IMG/VR virus record: IMGVR_UViG_3300037722_000435
Span: 2,997-66,996 of that record
Source: a virus
Taxonomy: Duplodnaviria > Caudoviricetes
Length of the DNA stretch: 64,000 nucleotides
Reading direction: 5' to 3' (one strand)
Part shown: piece by piece, positions 19,963-30,689 of the stretch
Position numbering within the stretch: the stretch's first letter is position 1
How the letters are laid out: every line of letters begins with the position of its first letter
Notes under the pieces: generated by a model
What the model was told of the DNA's origin: nothing
The model's input: the letters and a program-made list of their open reading frames with translations, nothing else
Databases searched by the model: none
Translations under genes and position numbers: made by a program

Positions 19963-20556
19963 ATGGTAAGTACATGGTCAGAAACAGCATTACTAGATAT
20001 AGCTGCACAAGGTGGTGGAGAGGTTGAGTTTAGAACTATTACTGAAACAGTAGATATTGATATTGGAGATAAAGACTTCGATGTCATTGCTACTCTAAAA
20101 GGAGGTAGATTAGTTAAATTCAATCCGCAAGAGCCAACTACGATTACGCTTGAAGCATATCCACTTGAAGCCGGAACGGACTCTGGAACAGAAGGAAAAG
20201 GATTCTTCGATTTGATGCATACAGCAGATGCTTCACAACCGGTGAAAGTGCCTGTAGACAGAACAAGAACACCTTATAGAATGTGTGTAATGTGGACAGA
20301 TGCAGGAACAATTAGTGCGACAGGTCAAGTAATTGCACCAACAAATTCAGCTCTTCGAGTTATAGCTGCAGACGGATACTTTACGAGTGTTAAGCCTAGC
20401 TTTACAGATGGAGTTTTGAAGTTCACAGTAGCTTTCAAAGTTCCCCCATTTAACAAGGCAGGAACAGCATTAGTCCAAGTAGAGTCTATTGGTGGAAGTG
20501 CAACGGCTACTCTCACAGCAGTGGCGAGTTACACCTCGACTGTTACAGGAATATAA
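19963..20556 (+). CDS. Tail tube (major tail) protein
   Basis: 197-aa beta-rich protein after the neck genes. GGAGG RBS. Followed by an oligo-T terminator. Confidence 0.65.
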   Translation: MVSTWSETALLDIAAQGGGEVEFRTITETVDIDIGDKDFDVIATLKGGRLVKFNPQEPTTITLEAYPLEAGTDSGTEGKGFFDLMHTADASQPVKVPVDRTRTPYRMCVMWTDAGTISATGQVIAPTNSALRVIAADGYFTSVKPSFTDGVLKFTVAFKVPPFNKAGTALVQVESIGGSATATLTAVASYTSTVTGI

Positions 20557-20630
20557 CTATATGATAGATAAGTTTAATTTTTTTAATTTGTTTTTATTTG
20601 AGGCAAAGGAAGAATAGGGAGAAAAGAGAA

Positions 20631-21554
20631 ATGAACATAAGGATACCTAAGATATTGATAGCATGCCCAACTAGTCAGAGACATAGTCATTTACTGGATG
20701 GGCGGTTAGAACATTTGAATAAATTGAATTATCCGAACTTTGACTTGATGATGGTAGATACTACTTTAGAGAATAATAAATATTTTAACATATTAAAGAA
20801 AAAGAAATTAGATTTTATTAAAATACAAACAGAAACAGAGACCTTTAAGTTTGAGAGAAACGTTATTGTAGAAAGACATGAATGGAATCCAGACAAACAA
20901 CATCCCGTTCAGATGTTAGCTGACGCAAGAGAGAAAATCAGACAGTATTTTTTAAAGAATGAATATCAATATTTGTTCTTTCTAGATGATGATATTTTTA
21001 TCCCTAAAAATGGTATACAAAGATTGATTTCCCATAATAAAGATTTAGTTGGATTTTATGTTCATGTATTTCCTAAAGGCATGCACAAACCGTGTGTGTT
21101 TAAATCAGGAGGAATTACTCTAGGCAAAGGATTAGATTATTATTCATTTAAAGAAATTGAATCCTATAAACGATTTGTAAATAGATTCAAAACAAATAAA
21201 TTAAATTCTTATGAAAAAGGATTAGTGCCTTTTTTGATTAGAGATTTAAACAAACCTGAATTATTTAAGACTTATGCGGTAGGAATTGGTTGTTTGATGA
21301 TAAAACGCAAAGTCTTAGAACAAGTTGCCTTTAGAACCCATCCAACATTCATAAATGGCGAAGACCTATGGTTCTTTGCAGAAGCTAATGAGAAAAACTT
21401 TGAATTCTGGTGTGATCCAATTAGATGTCGCCACGAGAACACAGAATGGAATACTATAATAAAAAAGTCAAAGAAACAAATGAAGTTCTGGGTTGCCAAA
21501 GGTTATGTTAACGCAAATGAAATTGTTATGGTCGATAGGAGTAAGAAAAAATGA
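20631..21554 (+). CDS. GT-A/GT2-like glycosyltransferase
   Basis: ILIACPT, MMVDT, LFFLDDDI, VGIGCLMIKRKV, GEDLWF. Confidence 0.8.
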   Translation: MNIRIPKILIACPTSQRHSHLLDGRLEHLNKLNYPNFDLMMVDTTLENNKYFNILKKKKLDFIKIQTETETFKFERNVIVERHEWNPDKQHPVQMLADAREKIRQYFLKNEYQYLFFLDDDIFIPKNGIQRLISHNKDLVGFYVHVFPKGMHKPCVFKSGGITLGKGLDYYSFKEIESYKRFVNRFKTNKLNSYEKGLVPFLIRDLNKPELFKTYAVGIGCLMIKRKVLEQVAFRTHPTFINGEDLWFFAEANEKNFEFWCDPIRCRHENTEWNTIIKKSKKQMKFWVAKGYVNANEIVMVDRSKKK

Positions 21555-22249
21555 AAACTAGTATAATAATTTTAAACTTCAATACTTTAGAGCACCTAAA
21601 GAGATGTGTTGAGTCAGTTAAAGTTAACACGACAGAATATGAATTAATTATAGTAGATAATGGTTCTACGGAAAAAGGCACTAAAGAATTTATTAAACAG
21701 AATTCAGACAAGCACATATTCAATAAACAAAATAATGGATTTCCCAAGGGGAATAATCAAGGTGCAGAAATTGCTAGTGGGGACTTCTTATGTTTTCTTA
21801 ATTCAGACACAATAGTAAGTCCTCATTGGTTAGATGAAATGTTTGGCATTTACACCAGAAATAGAAGAGTAGGCATGGTGGGGCCACTTGGTAATCCACA
21901 AGTTAGAGTAATTAATAAAGAGTTCATTTTATTTCAACAATACATCGGGCAGTATAGTAAAGATGCTAAAGTAAACAAATTAGTTGGGTTTTGTTTGTTG
22001 ATCAAGAAAGATTTATTTAATGAGATTAAATTTGATGAAGATTTTGGATTAGGGCAGTTTGAAGACAATTTACTATGTGATAAAATAAGAGAGATGGGTT
22101 ATAATCTATGGGTGGCTAGTAATTCTTATGTCTTTCATCCTTTTCCAAGTAGAACTTTTCAAACTAATAATATAAATCAAGAAGATTTATTAAGATGTAA
22201 CGGCAAATTATACAGAGAAAAATCTGGAGTACCCTATGGCAGAATTTGA
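21551..22249 (+). CDS. GT2 glycosyltransferase
   Basis: SIIILNFN, LIIVDNGS, NNGFPKGNNQG, FLNSDT, FEDNLLC. Confidence 0.9.
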   Translation: MKTSIIILNFNTLEHLKRCVESVKVNTTEYELIIVDNGSTEKGTKEFIKQNSDKHIFNKQNNGFPKGNNQGAEIASGDFLCFLNSDTIVSPHWLDEMFGIYTRNRRVGMVGPLGNPQVRVINKEFILFQQYIGQYSKDAKVNKLVGFCLLIKKDLFNEIKFDEDFGLGQFEDNLLCDKIREMGYNLWVASNSYVFHPFPSRTFQTNNINQEDLLRCNGKLYREKSGVPYGRI

Positions 22250-22556
22250 TGATATAGTATTGAGAGAAAAGGAAAGAAGTTTTTACATTAGTAGGATACC
22301 TAAGAAAACTAAAGAAGAATTAATAAAATTTGCACAAGAAGAATTTGCAGATGATTATGGTGCGTGTATTTCTGCTGTGTGGAATAAGTTTAAAGAAATG
22401 ATTAACTATCAAGATAACTTCGACATCAAGTTGAATTATATCATTCAGTTATTGGAGAATTCCAAACCTGAAATTGAAAAGAAAGAAGAGAAACCAGATA
22501 ACGAGATAAAAATGTTATCAGGAAGAAAAGTGACAAAGGAGGTAAAAAATGGATAA
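22236..22556 (+). CDS. Possible ribbon-helix-helix DNA-binding protein
   Basis: SFYISRIPKKTKEELIKFAQE strand-helix pattern. Confidence 0.45.
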   Translation: MAEFDDIVLREKERSFYISRIPKKTKEELIKFAQEEFADDYGACISAVWNKFKEMINYQDNFDIKLNYIIQLLENSKPEIEKKEEKPDNEIKMLSGRKVTKEVKNG

Positions 22557-22974
22557 TTTAGAAAAGGTAAAAAGACACTTGGCTAAACAGATTCCTGTCA
22601 AAATAACTAACCCAGATGGAGAAGAAGATGTATTCCAATTTAATCCTTTGAATGTCGAACAACAGGCAATTTTAATGGAACTAAGCAGAAGAATGCAAGG
22701 CAGAGAGAAGATAATGGTGGAAGGTGTTGAAATTCCTAGTGTAAATAAAGAGGATATGAAAGAAATGTTTGACTTACTGTTAGATATTACTCGAAAGTCA
22801 ATAAGCGGGATAGACGAAGAAACACTGATAAAATTTGTAAATGATAACTTCGACCAACTATCTGAAAAGATAAGTGACTTAATTCCTAAGACAACTAATC
22901 AAAGTGCTTTAGATAAAATTAAGAAAGCACAGGAGGAACACCGTGTCAAGTCAGGAAATAAGCCAACTGCGTAA
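22549..22974 (+). CDS. Tail assembly chaperone
   Basis: Lies just upstream of the tape measure gene. Contains FQFNPLNVEQ. GGAGGT RBS. Confidence 0.6.
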   Translation: MDNLEKVKRHLAKQIPVKITNPDGEEDVFQFNPLNVEQQAILMELSRRMQGREKIMVEGVEIPSVNKEDMKEMFDLLLDITRKSISGIDEETLIKFVNDNFDQLSEKISDLIPKTTNQSALDKIKKAQEEHRVKSGNKPTA

Positions 22975-23170
22975 TCGTATATTCGGAAAAGAGAAGGAAT
23001 ATAATTTGATAGATGTATATCACTATTTGATGATGCACTATGGTTATATTCCTTTTGAAGATTTTAAGAGCATGGATGCTCATTTAGTAGACGAGCTAGT
23101 GAAACGTCTAAACGATTATAACAAAGAACAATCTAAAGGTTTGCCTAAGGGTAGAAGAGGTAAAAGATAA
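22943..23170 (+). CDS. Second tail chaperone-like small protein
   Basis: GTG start with an AGGAGG RBS. YHYLMMHYGYIPFEDF resembles pre-tape-measure peptides. Confidence 0.6.
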   Translation: MSSQEISQLRNRIFGKEKEYNLIDVYHYLMMHYGYIPFEDFKSMDAHLVDELVKRLNDYNKEQSKGLPKGRRGKR

Positions 23171-25173
23171 TGGCGTTAGGAAGCACAAGACAGAGTATAG
23201 ATATTGAGATTAATTTATTTGAGAAGAATTTTGGAAAAAAGATAAATAAGATAGCGAGCGATTTAAATAAAAATATATCTCAAATTCAGAATACTGCATC
23301 TAATTTTAATTTAACTACTGACGCACTGAATCAAACTCAGAAACAATTTGGTTTAAATTTAACAAAAACGGGAAAATCTTTGAGGACTATGGGTGGTGGA
23401 CTTTTGTCTAATAGTAACGCACTAAACAAATACATCGCCCAAAATGCAGGAATGTTTGATATGTTCCGTATGAATGATGAACAATTTAAGAATTTCAATA
23501 GGAGCGGTGCAAAATTAAACCACACTTCGGCAAAAATGGCTAATTCATTTAGAAAAGGAACACAAGGATTAAAGGGATTTAGAATGGAGTTTTTATCTGT
23601 TATGTTCCTGGGAATGTTTATTCAGAGAGTCTTTACAGGGTTACTTAAAACAAGTATGGAATGGGTTGGAGTTACAGAAGTAATGTCTACTGCTTTAGGT
23701 ATTTTATTCTTGCCTGTAGCTATGTTATTGCTCGATTGGGCATTAATGTTTTTAGATTGGGTTGGTCAATTATCAGACAATGAAAAGAGATTAATCGGAA
23801 CTTTTGTTCTGGCTGCGATTGCTGTTGGAGGATTATTATTTGTAATTGGAACATTAATTTTAGGAATAGGTGGATTGATTGCCGCATTTGGATTTATTTT
23901 ATCTCCATTAGGACTATTTGTTGCTGGACTGACCGCATTAATTGGATTTAGTGTATTAAGAGGATTATTTCAAGATTTAACTGATGATACAAGTAATCTA
24001 AATATGAAATTGAATAATTTTGGTGTTTCTGATGAAATGATTAATGGAATGATTGATAAATTTACAGAATTAGCCGAAGTTATGATGGAGAAATTAGGTA
24101 TTGCTTTAGATTGGATAAAAAGAAAGATGAAAGAAACAGTTGATGATTTACTTAATAAAACAGATGATTGGGTTGAAATAGGAGAGACAAGTATGAGCAA
24201 ATGGTTGGAAGGAGTAAGAAGATTTGCAGAAAATCATCCTCAAGCGATTGCCTTCGCCATCATAGGATTCATGCTGGGCGGTCCATTTGGAGCTACGATT
24301 GGTGCGGCATTTGGATTTGCAGGTACGGATGCTATTCTTAATTTTGTAGATGGATTAGCAAATTGGATTGTAGATAATACTGGAGAATTAGTTTATTTGG
24401 GTATAACCATCGCATTAAAAATAGCAAAGGGTTTAGTTCTAGGTCTAGCAAAGATGGGTGTTGGTATTATAGGTGGATTGTTGGGAATTGATGTGGATGA
24501 GAACTTAAAAGAAATTGATAGATTAAATCAAAATATTCAGTTTGGTTCTGGTTCTTTAGCTGAGAAAATGCTCCGTAATAATAAAAAAATAGAAGACGGA
24601 ACTAAAAGTAATTATAATCAGATGTCGTTAGCCGCTAATCAAAGTTTTCTAAATCAAGAAATTAGTTCTGGGAATGCTTTTATGAGTATGGAATCTACTC
24701 AAAGTAGTGCTGTAATGGATATGCAAAATAACTGGTCAAAGATGGTTAATAAGAATAGTTCTGAATCTGCCAAAATGGCTGGAAATATAAATTCTGCATT
24801 AGATTCTATTCCAACTGAAATTACCACAATTCATAGAATAATAGAAGTCAAAGGTTCTGGTGGGGGAGGAGGTGGTAAGTTGTTTGCACCAAAGGGAGCC
24901 ACTGCAAATGAAATAGCCGCTCAAATGAGTTTATTACCTCAATATAGACAGCATGGCGGTCCAGTTAGTCCAAATAGACCCTATGTGGTTGGAGAAGCAG
25001 GACCGGAATTATTTGTGCCAGGGAGAGGTGGAAATATTGTACCAAATGGTGGGGGAATTGTAGTGAACTATACAATAAACGCTTCTGGATCAAATACCAA
25101 AGAATTCGAAATGTTAATAAAGGAAAATAACTCTAAATTGGTATCGGATCTTCGACGTTTAATTCAGGACTAG
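23170..25173 (+). CDS. Tape measure protein
   Basis: 667 aa, helical and Ala/Gly-rich with hydrophobic segments. C-terminal HGGPV...YVVGEAGPELFVP motif. Confidence 0.88.
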   Translation: MALGSTRQSIDIEINLFEKNFGKKINKIASDLNKNISQIQNTASNFNLTTDALNQTQKQFGLNLTKTGKSLRTMGGGLLSNSNALNKYIAQNAGMFDMFRMNDEQFKNFNRSGAKLNHTSAKMANSFRKGTQGLKGFRMEFLSVMFLGMFIQRVFTGLLKTSMEWVGVTEVMSTALGILFLPVAMLLLDWALMFLDWVGQLSDNEKRLIGTFVLAAIAVGGLLFVIGTLILGIGGLIAAFGFILSPLGLFVAGLTALIGFSVLRGLFQDLTDDTSNLNMKLNNFGVSDEMINGMIDKFTELAEVMMEKLGIALDWIKRKMKETVDDLLNKTDDWVEIGETSMSKWLEGVRRFAENHPQAIAFAIIGFMLGGPFGATIGAAFGFAGTDAILNFVDGLANWIVDNTGELVYLGITIALKIAKGLVLGLAKMGVGIIGGLLGIDVDENLKEIDRLNQNIQFGSGSLAEKMLRNNKKIEDGTKSNYNQMSLAANQSFLNQEISSGNAFMSMESTQSSAVMDMQNNWSKMVNKNSSESAKMAGNINSALDSIPTEITTIHRIIEVKGSGGGGGGKLFAPKGATANEIAAQMSLLPQYRQHGGPVSPNRPYVVGEAGPELFVPGRGGNIVPNGGGIVVNYTINASGSNTKEFEMLIKENNSKLVSDLRRLIQD

Positions 25174-25178
25174 CTAAA

Positions 25179-25844
25179 ATGATAAAGGGAAATAAAATCG
25201 CAAGAGGGCAAAAGAAAGGATTTAGGCATAGTGAGGAAACTAAACGACAGATAAGTCTTTCTTCCAAAGGTAAAAATAATTGGAGTAAAGACAGAAAACT
25301 CACGGAAGAACACAAAAAGAAAATCAGTTCATCTCTCAAAGGGATAATTTTTTCAGAAGAACGTAAAAAGAACATTAGTGATGCTCTTGCTGGAAAACAT
25401 TTATCAGAAGAAACAAAAGAAAAATTAAGAATGATTAATCTAGGTAGAAAAGTATCCGAAGACACAATAATAAAAATGAGAGATTCTATGAAAAAAGCTA
25501 ATAAAGAAGGAAGATTAAGAACTCTTTTTAGAAGGGGAATGATTCCTTGGAGTTATATTGATGGCAGAAGTAAAACGAGAAGACCCAATAGATATAATGA
25601 TGACTGGGAAAAGATAAGAGTTCTAGTATGGAGAAGAGATAATTATGAATGTCAACATTGTGGTATTAATATGTCTGAATGTTATCAAAAATTTAAATGT
25701 GCCTTGCATACTCACCATATTATTCCATTTTTAACATCATTTGATAATTCATTAAATAATCTAATTGCTCTCTGTCCTTCTTGCCATAGAAAAGAAGAAG
25801 TAAAGATAACTAAAGAATTAAAATTACAAATGGTGGAGGCATAG
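25179..25844 (+). CDS. NUMOD3-repeat HNH endonuclease
   Basis: HSEETKRQIS/LSEETKEKL repeats and CQHCG...HTHHII...LIALCPSCH. Confidence 0.9.
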   Translation: MIKGNKIARGQKKGFRHSEETKRQISLSSKGKNNWSKDRKLTEEHKKKISSSLKGIIFSEERKKNISDALAGKHLSEETKEKLRMINLGRKVSEDTIIKMRDSMKKANKEGRLRTLFRRGMIPWSYIDGRSKTRRPNRYNDDWEKIRVLVWRRDNYECQHCGINMSECYQKFKCALHTHHIIPFLTSFDNSLNNLIALCPSCHRKEEVKITKELKLQMVEA

Positions 25845-25847
25845 ATT

Positions 25848-26381
25848 TTGTCAGAAATCACACTCCAAGCGTTGGATTCAAGTAGTAGTGTTACAGGAAC
25901 TGCTATAACTGTTTATGCTGTAGAAGTAGATGATGCGTTGAGTAATAAAACATTTATTTTAACTCCCCCCAGAAATGTTCAGACTCAATCTTTAGGACCA
26001 CAAACTAATCAAATAGTAGACTTATTGAGGATTACTCAGACTATTGTAATCACAGGGGAAATAACTGGGACATCAAGTAAAACTGCTAAACAAATAAAAG
26101 ATGATTTAAAAAATATTTATAAGGGAGTGACTGGGGGAGATTTAAACAAAGGAGTTAGATTAGTTTATGACGGTGAAAATATCGATGGGATAATTGAAAA
26201 ATTAGCCTTTAATGAAAAACCCCATGATATAGATGGCATAGAGGAAACACATGGAACTTGCTCAGATACTCAATATACGACAAAAACAACTTGTGAAGGA
26301 GGAGGCGGAACTTGGGCATATAGTTCAGATTATGCTAAATACACAGTACAAATAACGTTTGTAGTAGGAGCAAAACGATAA
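25848..26381 (+). CDS. Distal-tail (Dit)-like protein
   Basis: First structural gene after the tape measure. Beta-rich. Confidence 0.5.
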   Translation: MSEITLQALDSSSSVTGTAITVYAVEVDDALSNKTFILTPPRNVQTQSLGPQTNQIVDLLRITQTIVITGEITGTSSKTAKQIKDDLKNIYKGVTGGDLNKGVRLVYDGENIDGIIEKLAFNEKPHDIDGIEETHGTCSDTQYTTKTTCEGGGGTWAYSSDYAKYTVQITFVVGAKR

Positions 26382-28930
26382 TGGCTAACATGAGAATTAA
26401 CTTAGGCAGTTTAACTGGAAAATATGCGAAGTTAATTGGAATACCTTTAGTTACTTTAACTTCTCTATTTTTAGTTTTAATTGCAGTAGGTTTTCAAATA
26501 ACTGGTTCTGATGATATTTGTTTAGGTAACTCTGATGACCCCTGTGTTTCGTTTGGAACTATTTGTAATCCTACTCCGAATAATTATGATATTTACAATT
26601 CAGAAGAAATTAAATTAGATTTTAGTCCAGAGATTAAAGACTATTGGATATTTTTTAAAGATGGTAGGGTAAAAAGAGAGTTTTTATACAATTTAGGTAT
26701 TAATCATTCTACATCTGGTTGGAGATATGAGAACTTTACTAATTCTACTAAACCAAGAGCTGATAGACTTTATGTTCATAGGTTTGGTGCTTACTCTTGT
26801 CAAAATTATATGTTAGTTGCACTAAAGAATAATCCAGAAGACACAATTAAATGGGGATTTTTTTCAGATAAATTTAATTTAGACCCATTTTTTTATGGAA
26901 TTGATTCTCCAGATACAGAAGCAACTGAAATTACAATGGAATTAGGAAGTCAAATTAATATTACTGCTAATTTAACTGGATATTCTGGAGAAGTTTGTGT
27001 AGATATTGACCATCCAGATTATGGAGATAATTATACTTGTGGGACACCCTCAGCTAATTTTTTATTTAATATTACTTATTTCAGAGAAACTGAATTTAAT
27101 GATAGTTCAAACGAGGTTAGTCTGGCTTTAGTTGCTGGAGGATATAATACAACTTATATCAGAAGCCACCAATATGATGAAATAATAAATTTAACTCTCA
27201 ATCTAACGGGGGGGCTTTCGGGTTCTACTTACCCCGATGATGTCATTATCTATATTAATAACACGCAAGAAAAAGTAATTGGTCCACTAAGACCTTTAGG
27301 AAACTCAGTTTATTTAAATCAAACAAATTCAAGCACATTACCAGAGATTATACTTTCTGGGACAAACGGCACTGCTACCAGATATTTAAGGTTGCCTAAA
27401 TTATCAAATGTAAGTTCTGCTTATTTCAATTGGACACCATATAGCACTTTCACTTCAGAGGCAGATTGTGGTGCTTCAGGATATTGTAGTAATGCAAGCC
27501 AAAATTGGACAACATGCGGAGAAACAGATAGTATTAATCCCCCCGCATGCGATGACGATGCGTATGCTTACGATAGTAATGCAACCAGTTATGCACAGTC
27601 TTTAACACTCGGAGCCGATGCCTCAAGTGGTTATACATTACATGAATTAAATTATACGTGGGATGTTAATAATCCTGCGTTTATTACATGGGGAGTAAGA
27701 TATGGTGGAACTGTGTCAAACGGGGGGGATGGAAGTGCGGCAGTTAGATATTTCTATTTTCAATGTTATGACCATAATTATGAAGTTTGGAGAACTTTAC
27801 AAACTAGACAATGTGTTACAGGGAGTGGGTCAGGTTGGTGTCAGGGAACATCTAGTCCTTATTATGAAGTTTTAACTATCAGAGATGATTTAATTTCACC
27901 TCCAGGGGGGTGTTTGGTAAGAAACCCAATTCAACTAAGGTTGAATACGACTGCGAGTTTACCTGAGGCGGATGATTCTGCCTATGCTTATATTTATGAA
28001 TTAGACACATTGGCCACATCTTTAGGAGTAAGGTGGTGGAATACATCTACACACAGTAATTTATCTATTGAGGTTGGAATAGTAGATGGGATATATGAAG
28101 GAAATTGGACTGGAGAATTGCCCTTTGCTAATTCGACGCAAACATCGAATTTCTCTGGGGCTGTCAATACTTATTTATCTACATGTACTGACACGGGAGG
28201 ATATTGTTTAGTACCTATTTATATAACTACAAACGACGGGCATGGAAAAATATGGCTTTCTGATTTGAATGTCACATATACTTATAATCCTAATCCAATT
28301 ACTTTGGGAATTAGTTTGGTACAATCATTTTTAGGTAACTCGACTAATTTTGCAGATATTCCAATTAAATTCTATTCATCCACGGATGGTATTATTAACG
28401 TTTCAGATTTAAAGTTAGATTATACTGGAGGAAATGATACTATAAATGTAAGGGTTTATAACAGTACTGATGAGGAAAATCTTAGTTTGATTAATTATTA
28501 TTCTAAATGGAATTATAACTTTCCAAGTTTTGTAGACTATTTCGAATTTATACCAAAGAGTGCAATTGCTAAAAATGTAACTCCTTATGGGCAAACAAGC
28601 AACACTCCAATATTTAATTTAACCACTTATAACTATGGTGGAAAGAATATGAATTTAAGTATTTATCTAAACGAATCAAATCCCAATTCTTGCGTAGATA
28701 TTTCTATTAATACGAACTCTACTAAACCTACTTCAGGAAGTCTGTTTAATATAACTAATCAAACATGGATAGACTTTAGTACCAATCTAACATATCTAAA
28801 TAACACGAAATTATGGTTATGGGCAGACTTTTCCTGTTCACCGAATAACTGGTCTTATTCTTGGTTCCCAGATTTATATATAAGAGGTTGCGGGATTGAT
28901 GTTGATGTTTGTGATGAGAGGTTTGACTAA
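26381..28930 (+). CDS. Membrane-anchored, sequon-rich tail-tip- or surface-like protein
   Basis: N-terminal TM, then a domain homologous to the N-terminal domain of 14278-17481 (IKLDFSPEI..., FTNSTKPR, EDTIKWGF). Confidence 0.7.
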   Translation: MANMRINLGSLTGKYAKLIGIPLVTLTSLFLVLIAVGFQITGSDDICLGNSDDPCVSFGTICNPTPNNYDIYNSEEIKLDFSPEIKDYWIFFKDGRVKREFLYNLGINHSTSGWRYENFTNSTKPRADRLYVHRFGAYSCQNYMLVALKNNPEDTIKWGFFSDKFNLDPFFYGIDSPDTEATEITMELGSQINITANLTGYSGEVCVDIDHPDYGDNYTCGTPSANFLFNITYFRETEFNDSSNEVSLALVAGGYNTTYIRSHQYDEIINLTLNLTGGLSGSTYPDDVIIYINNTQEKVIGPLRPLGNSVYLNQTNSSTLPEIILSGTNGTATRYLRLPKLSNVSSAYFNWTPYSTFTSEADCGASGYCSNASQNWTTCGETDSINPPACDDDAYAYDSNATSYAQSLTLGADASSGYTLHELNYTWDVNNPAFITWGVRYGGTVSNGGDGSAAVRYFYFQCYDHNYEVWRTLQTRQCVTGSGSGWCQGTSSPYYEVLTIRDDLISPPGGCLVRNPIQLRLNTTASLPEADDSAYAYIYELDTLATSLGVRWWNTSTHSNLSIEVGIVDGIYEGNWTGELPFANSTQTSNFSGAVNTYLSTCTDTGGYCLVPIYITTNDGHGKIWLSDLNVTYTYNPNPITLGISLVQSFLGNSTNFADIPIKFYSSTDGIINVSDLKLDYTGGNDTINVRVYNSTDEENLSLINYYSKWNYNFPSFVDYFEFIPKSAIAKNVTPYGQTSNTPIFNLTTYNYGGKNMNLSIYLNESNPNSCVDISINTNSTKPTSGSLFNITNQTWIDFSTNLTYLNNTKLWLWADFSCSPNNWSYSWFPDLYIRGCGIDVDVCDERFD

Positions 28931-30420
28931 TGGCGACAAAAGTAGTTAGTGGGCAAAGAATTCCCATAAATGTTTGGGTACCTCCAGTTTATTCACCAGT
29001 TTATAAAACAGAAGTAGTTTCAAACGGGACAACTTATGACTTAACTGATATAATTATATCTGGTGAATATACCGATGGTGTTACTGAAACAATAGGTGCG
29101 TTTGATTTTACTATTTCAAATGCTCTTCAAGAATACACAGATTTATTCTCTCCATATGACACATTAAATATTTATTTAGATTACGCCACGAGTGCTACGA
29201 CCCTTAGATTCTCTGGTAAAATTGAAAAAATTAGTAAATCTAATGAAACATTGAGAATCTCTGGGAGGTCTGGAGCAGTGCAAGTTTTAGGTATCACTGT
29301 CACTAAATCATACCCTAATGATGACGTTTTAAATGGCTACACGAATGAGATTTTATTAGATTTAGTTTCTAAATATTGCAATTACATCACCACCACCAAT
29401 GTAGACACCACGACTGCCACTGACACAACAATAGCAGTAAATTGGAATAATAAAACCTTTTGGGAATGTGTCCAAGAATTAACTAGTAGATCTGGTTATG
29501 ACTGCTTTATTGACCAAGATGGCGACATGAATTATTTTGTAAGCGGAACAAGAAGTAACACAACAGAAGCAGTGGTACATGAGTCTAACTTAATTGAAAC
29601 TGGGGATTTCTCTCCAGATAGTTCAGTTGTTCGAAATCGAGTTATTGTTTATGGTGCAGTTGTAGAAGAACAACAAATAATATGGACAAGTGAAGATTCT
29701 GATTCTATTGCCACATACAAAGTAAAAGAATTAATCATTAATGACTCTAATATAAAGACAGTCGCGCAAGCACAAGCTAGAGCAGATTATGAATTAAGTT
29801 TAAACAAAGATGCCCCAATCGTAGGGGAAGTGACGAGTTTAGGATTACCTACACTTAAACCTGGAGAAAAAGTAAGAATCTCTGACCCAATGAATGGGAT
29901 TGCACCAGATTTTTATACGATTCAGAAATTTACCCATAAGTTTTCAAATGATGAACCAATGCAGACCGTCTTGACTGTGCAGAAAGAAATCAGCACATTG
30001 CCTAAAATACTTAAAAAACGTATTACTTTCGAAAGCGAGGCAATTGATAAAACTAATCCAAACGAAATGAGATATTCTATTTTAGAAACCTTTGCACAAG
30101 ACACAGGATACCACCAGACGCCTGCAAAAACCGAAATCGTTGATGGGGTTCTGAAATTAAAGACAGGGGAAACAACAGGACAATGGTTCAGTGATACTAC
30201 TGAGGCCGATGCAAATGCAACTTATGCAGAATTGAGAGTCAAAGGGGGTGCTTTATCTGGGACTACATACAAAATTTATGCAGACGGGGGAGCGACACCG
30301 CAAACAATTATTCCAAATACGTTATATCCTTTAAGTCCACCAGGTACACTAATTAGACTTAAAATTATAATCAATTCGGCAGATACCCAAGTTGATAGCT
30401 ATGCCATTCTATACAAATGA
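28930..30420 (+). CDS. Baseplate hub / tail-tip protein
   Basis: LRFSGKI, WECVQEL...GYDCFIDQDG, VRNRVIVYG, GLPTLKPGEKVRI are typical of hub proteins. Confidence 0.75.
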   Translation: MATKVVSGQRIPINVWVPPVYSPVYKTEVVSNGTTYDLTDIIISGEYTDGVTETIGAFDFTISNALQEYTDLFSPYDTLNIYLDYATSATTLRFSGKIEKISKSNETLRISGRSGAVQVLGITVTKSYPNDDVLNGYTNEILLDLVSKYCNYITTTNVDTTTATDTTIAVNWNNKTFWECVQELTSRSGYDCFIDQDGDMNYFVSGTRSNTTEAVVHESNLIETGDFSPDSSVVRNRVIVYGAVVEEQQIIWTSEDSDSIATYKVKELIINDSNIKTVAQAQARADYELSLNKDAPIVGEVTSLGLPTLKPGEKVRISDPMNGIAPDFYTIQKFTHKFSNDEPMQTVLTVQKEISTLPKILKKRITFESEAIDKTNPNEMRYSILETFAQDTGYHQTPAKTEIVDGVLKLKTGETTGQWFSDTTEADANATYAELRVKGGALSGTTYKIYADGGATPQTIIPNTLYPLSPPGTLIRLKIIINSADTQVDSYAILYK

Positions 30421-30460
30421 AAGGAGAAAGAATTATAAACTTACAATATTATAAAATAAC

Positions 30461-30673
30461 ATGGCAGGGAACGGAAATAAAATGAATATAGCATTGTTAA
30501 AGAAAGACATAGACTATATTAAAACAGAAGTTCAATCTATCAATTATAAATTAGATAATATATATATTACTAAAATAGAATTTGAACCTATCAAGAAATT
30601 GGTTTATGGGTTAATTGGTGTGATACTTTCAGGATTAGTTGGTGGAGCTATTTTGCTCTTGTTTAATTCGTGA
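30461..30673 (+). CDS. Coiled coil plus C-terminal TM protein
   Basis: IALLKKDIDYIK followed by a hydrophobic C-terminus. TATA at 30433. Confidence 0.65.
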   Translation: MAGNGNKMNIALLKKDIDYIKTEVQSINYKLDNIYITKIEFEPIKKLVYGLIGVILSGLVGGAILLLFNS

Positions 30674-30689
30674 AAGGAGGTAAAATAAC

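Noticed and set aside
22900-22974. Programmed -1 frameshift in the tail chaperone (lambda G/GT type)
   Set aside because: The downstream ORF is in the +1 frame, has its own AGGAGG-GTG start, and no X XXY YYZ slippery site is evident.
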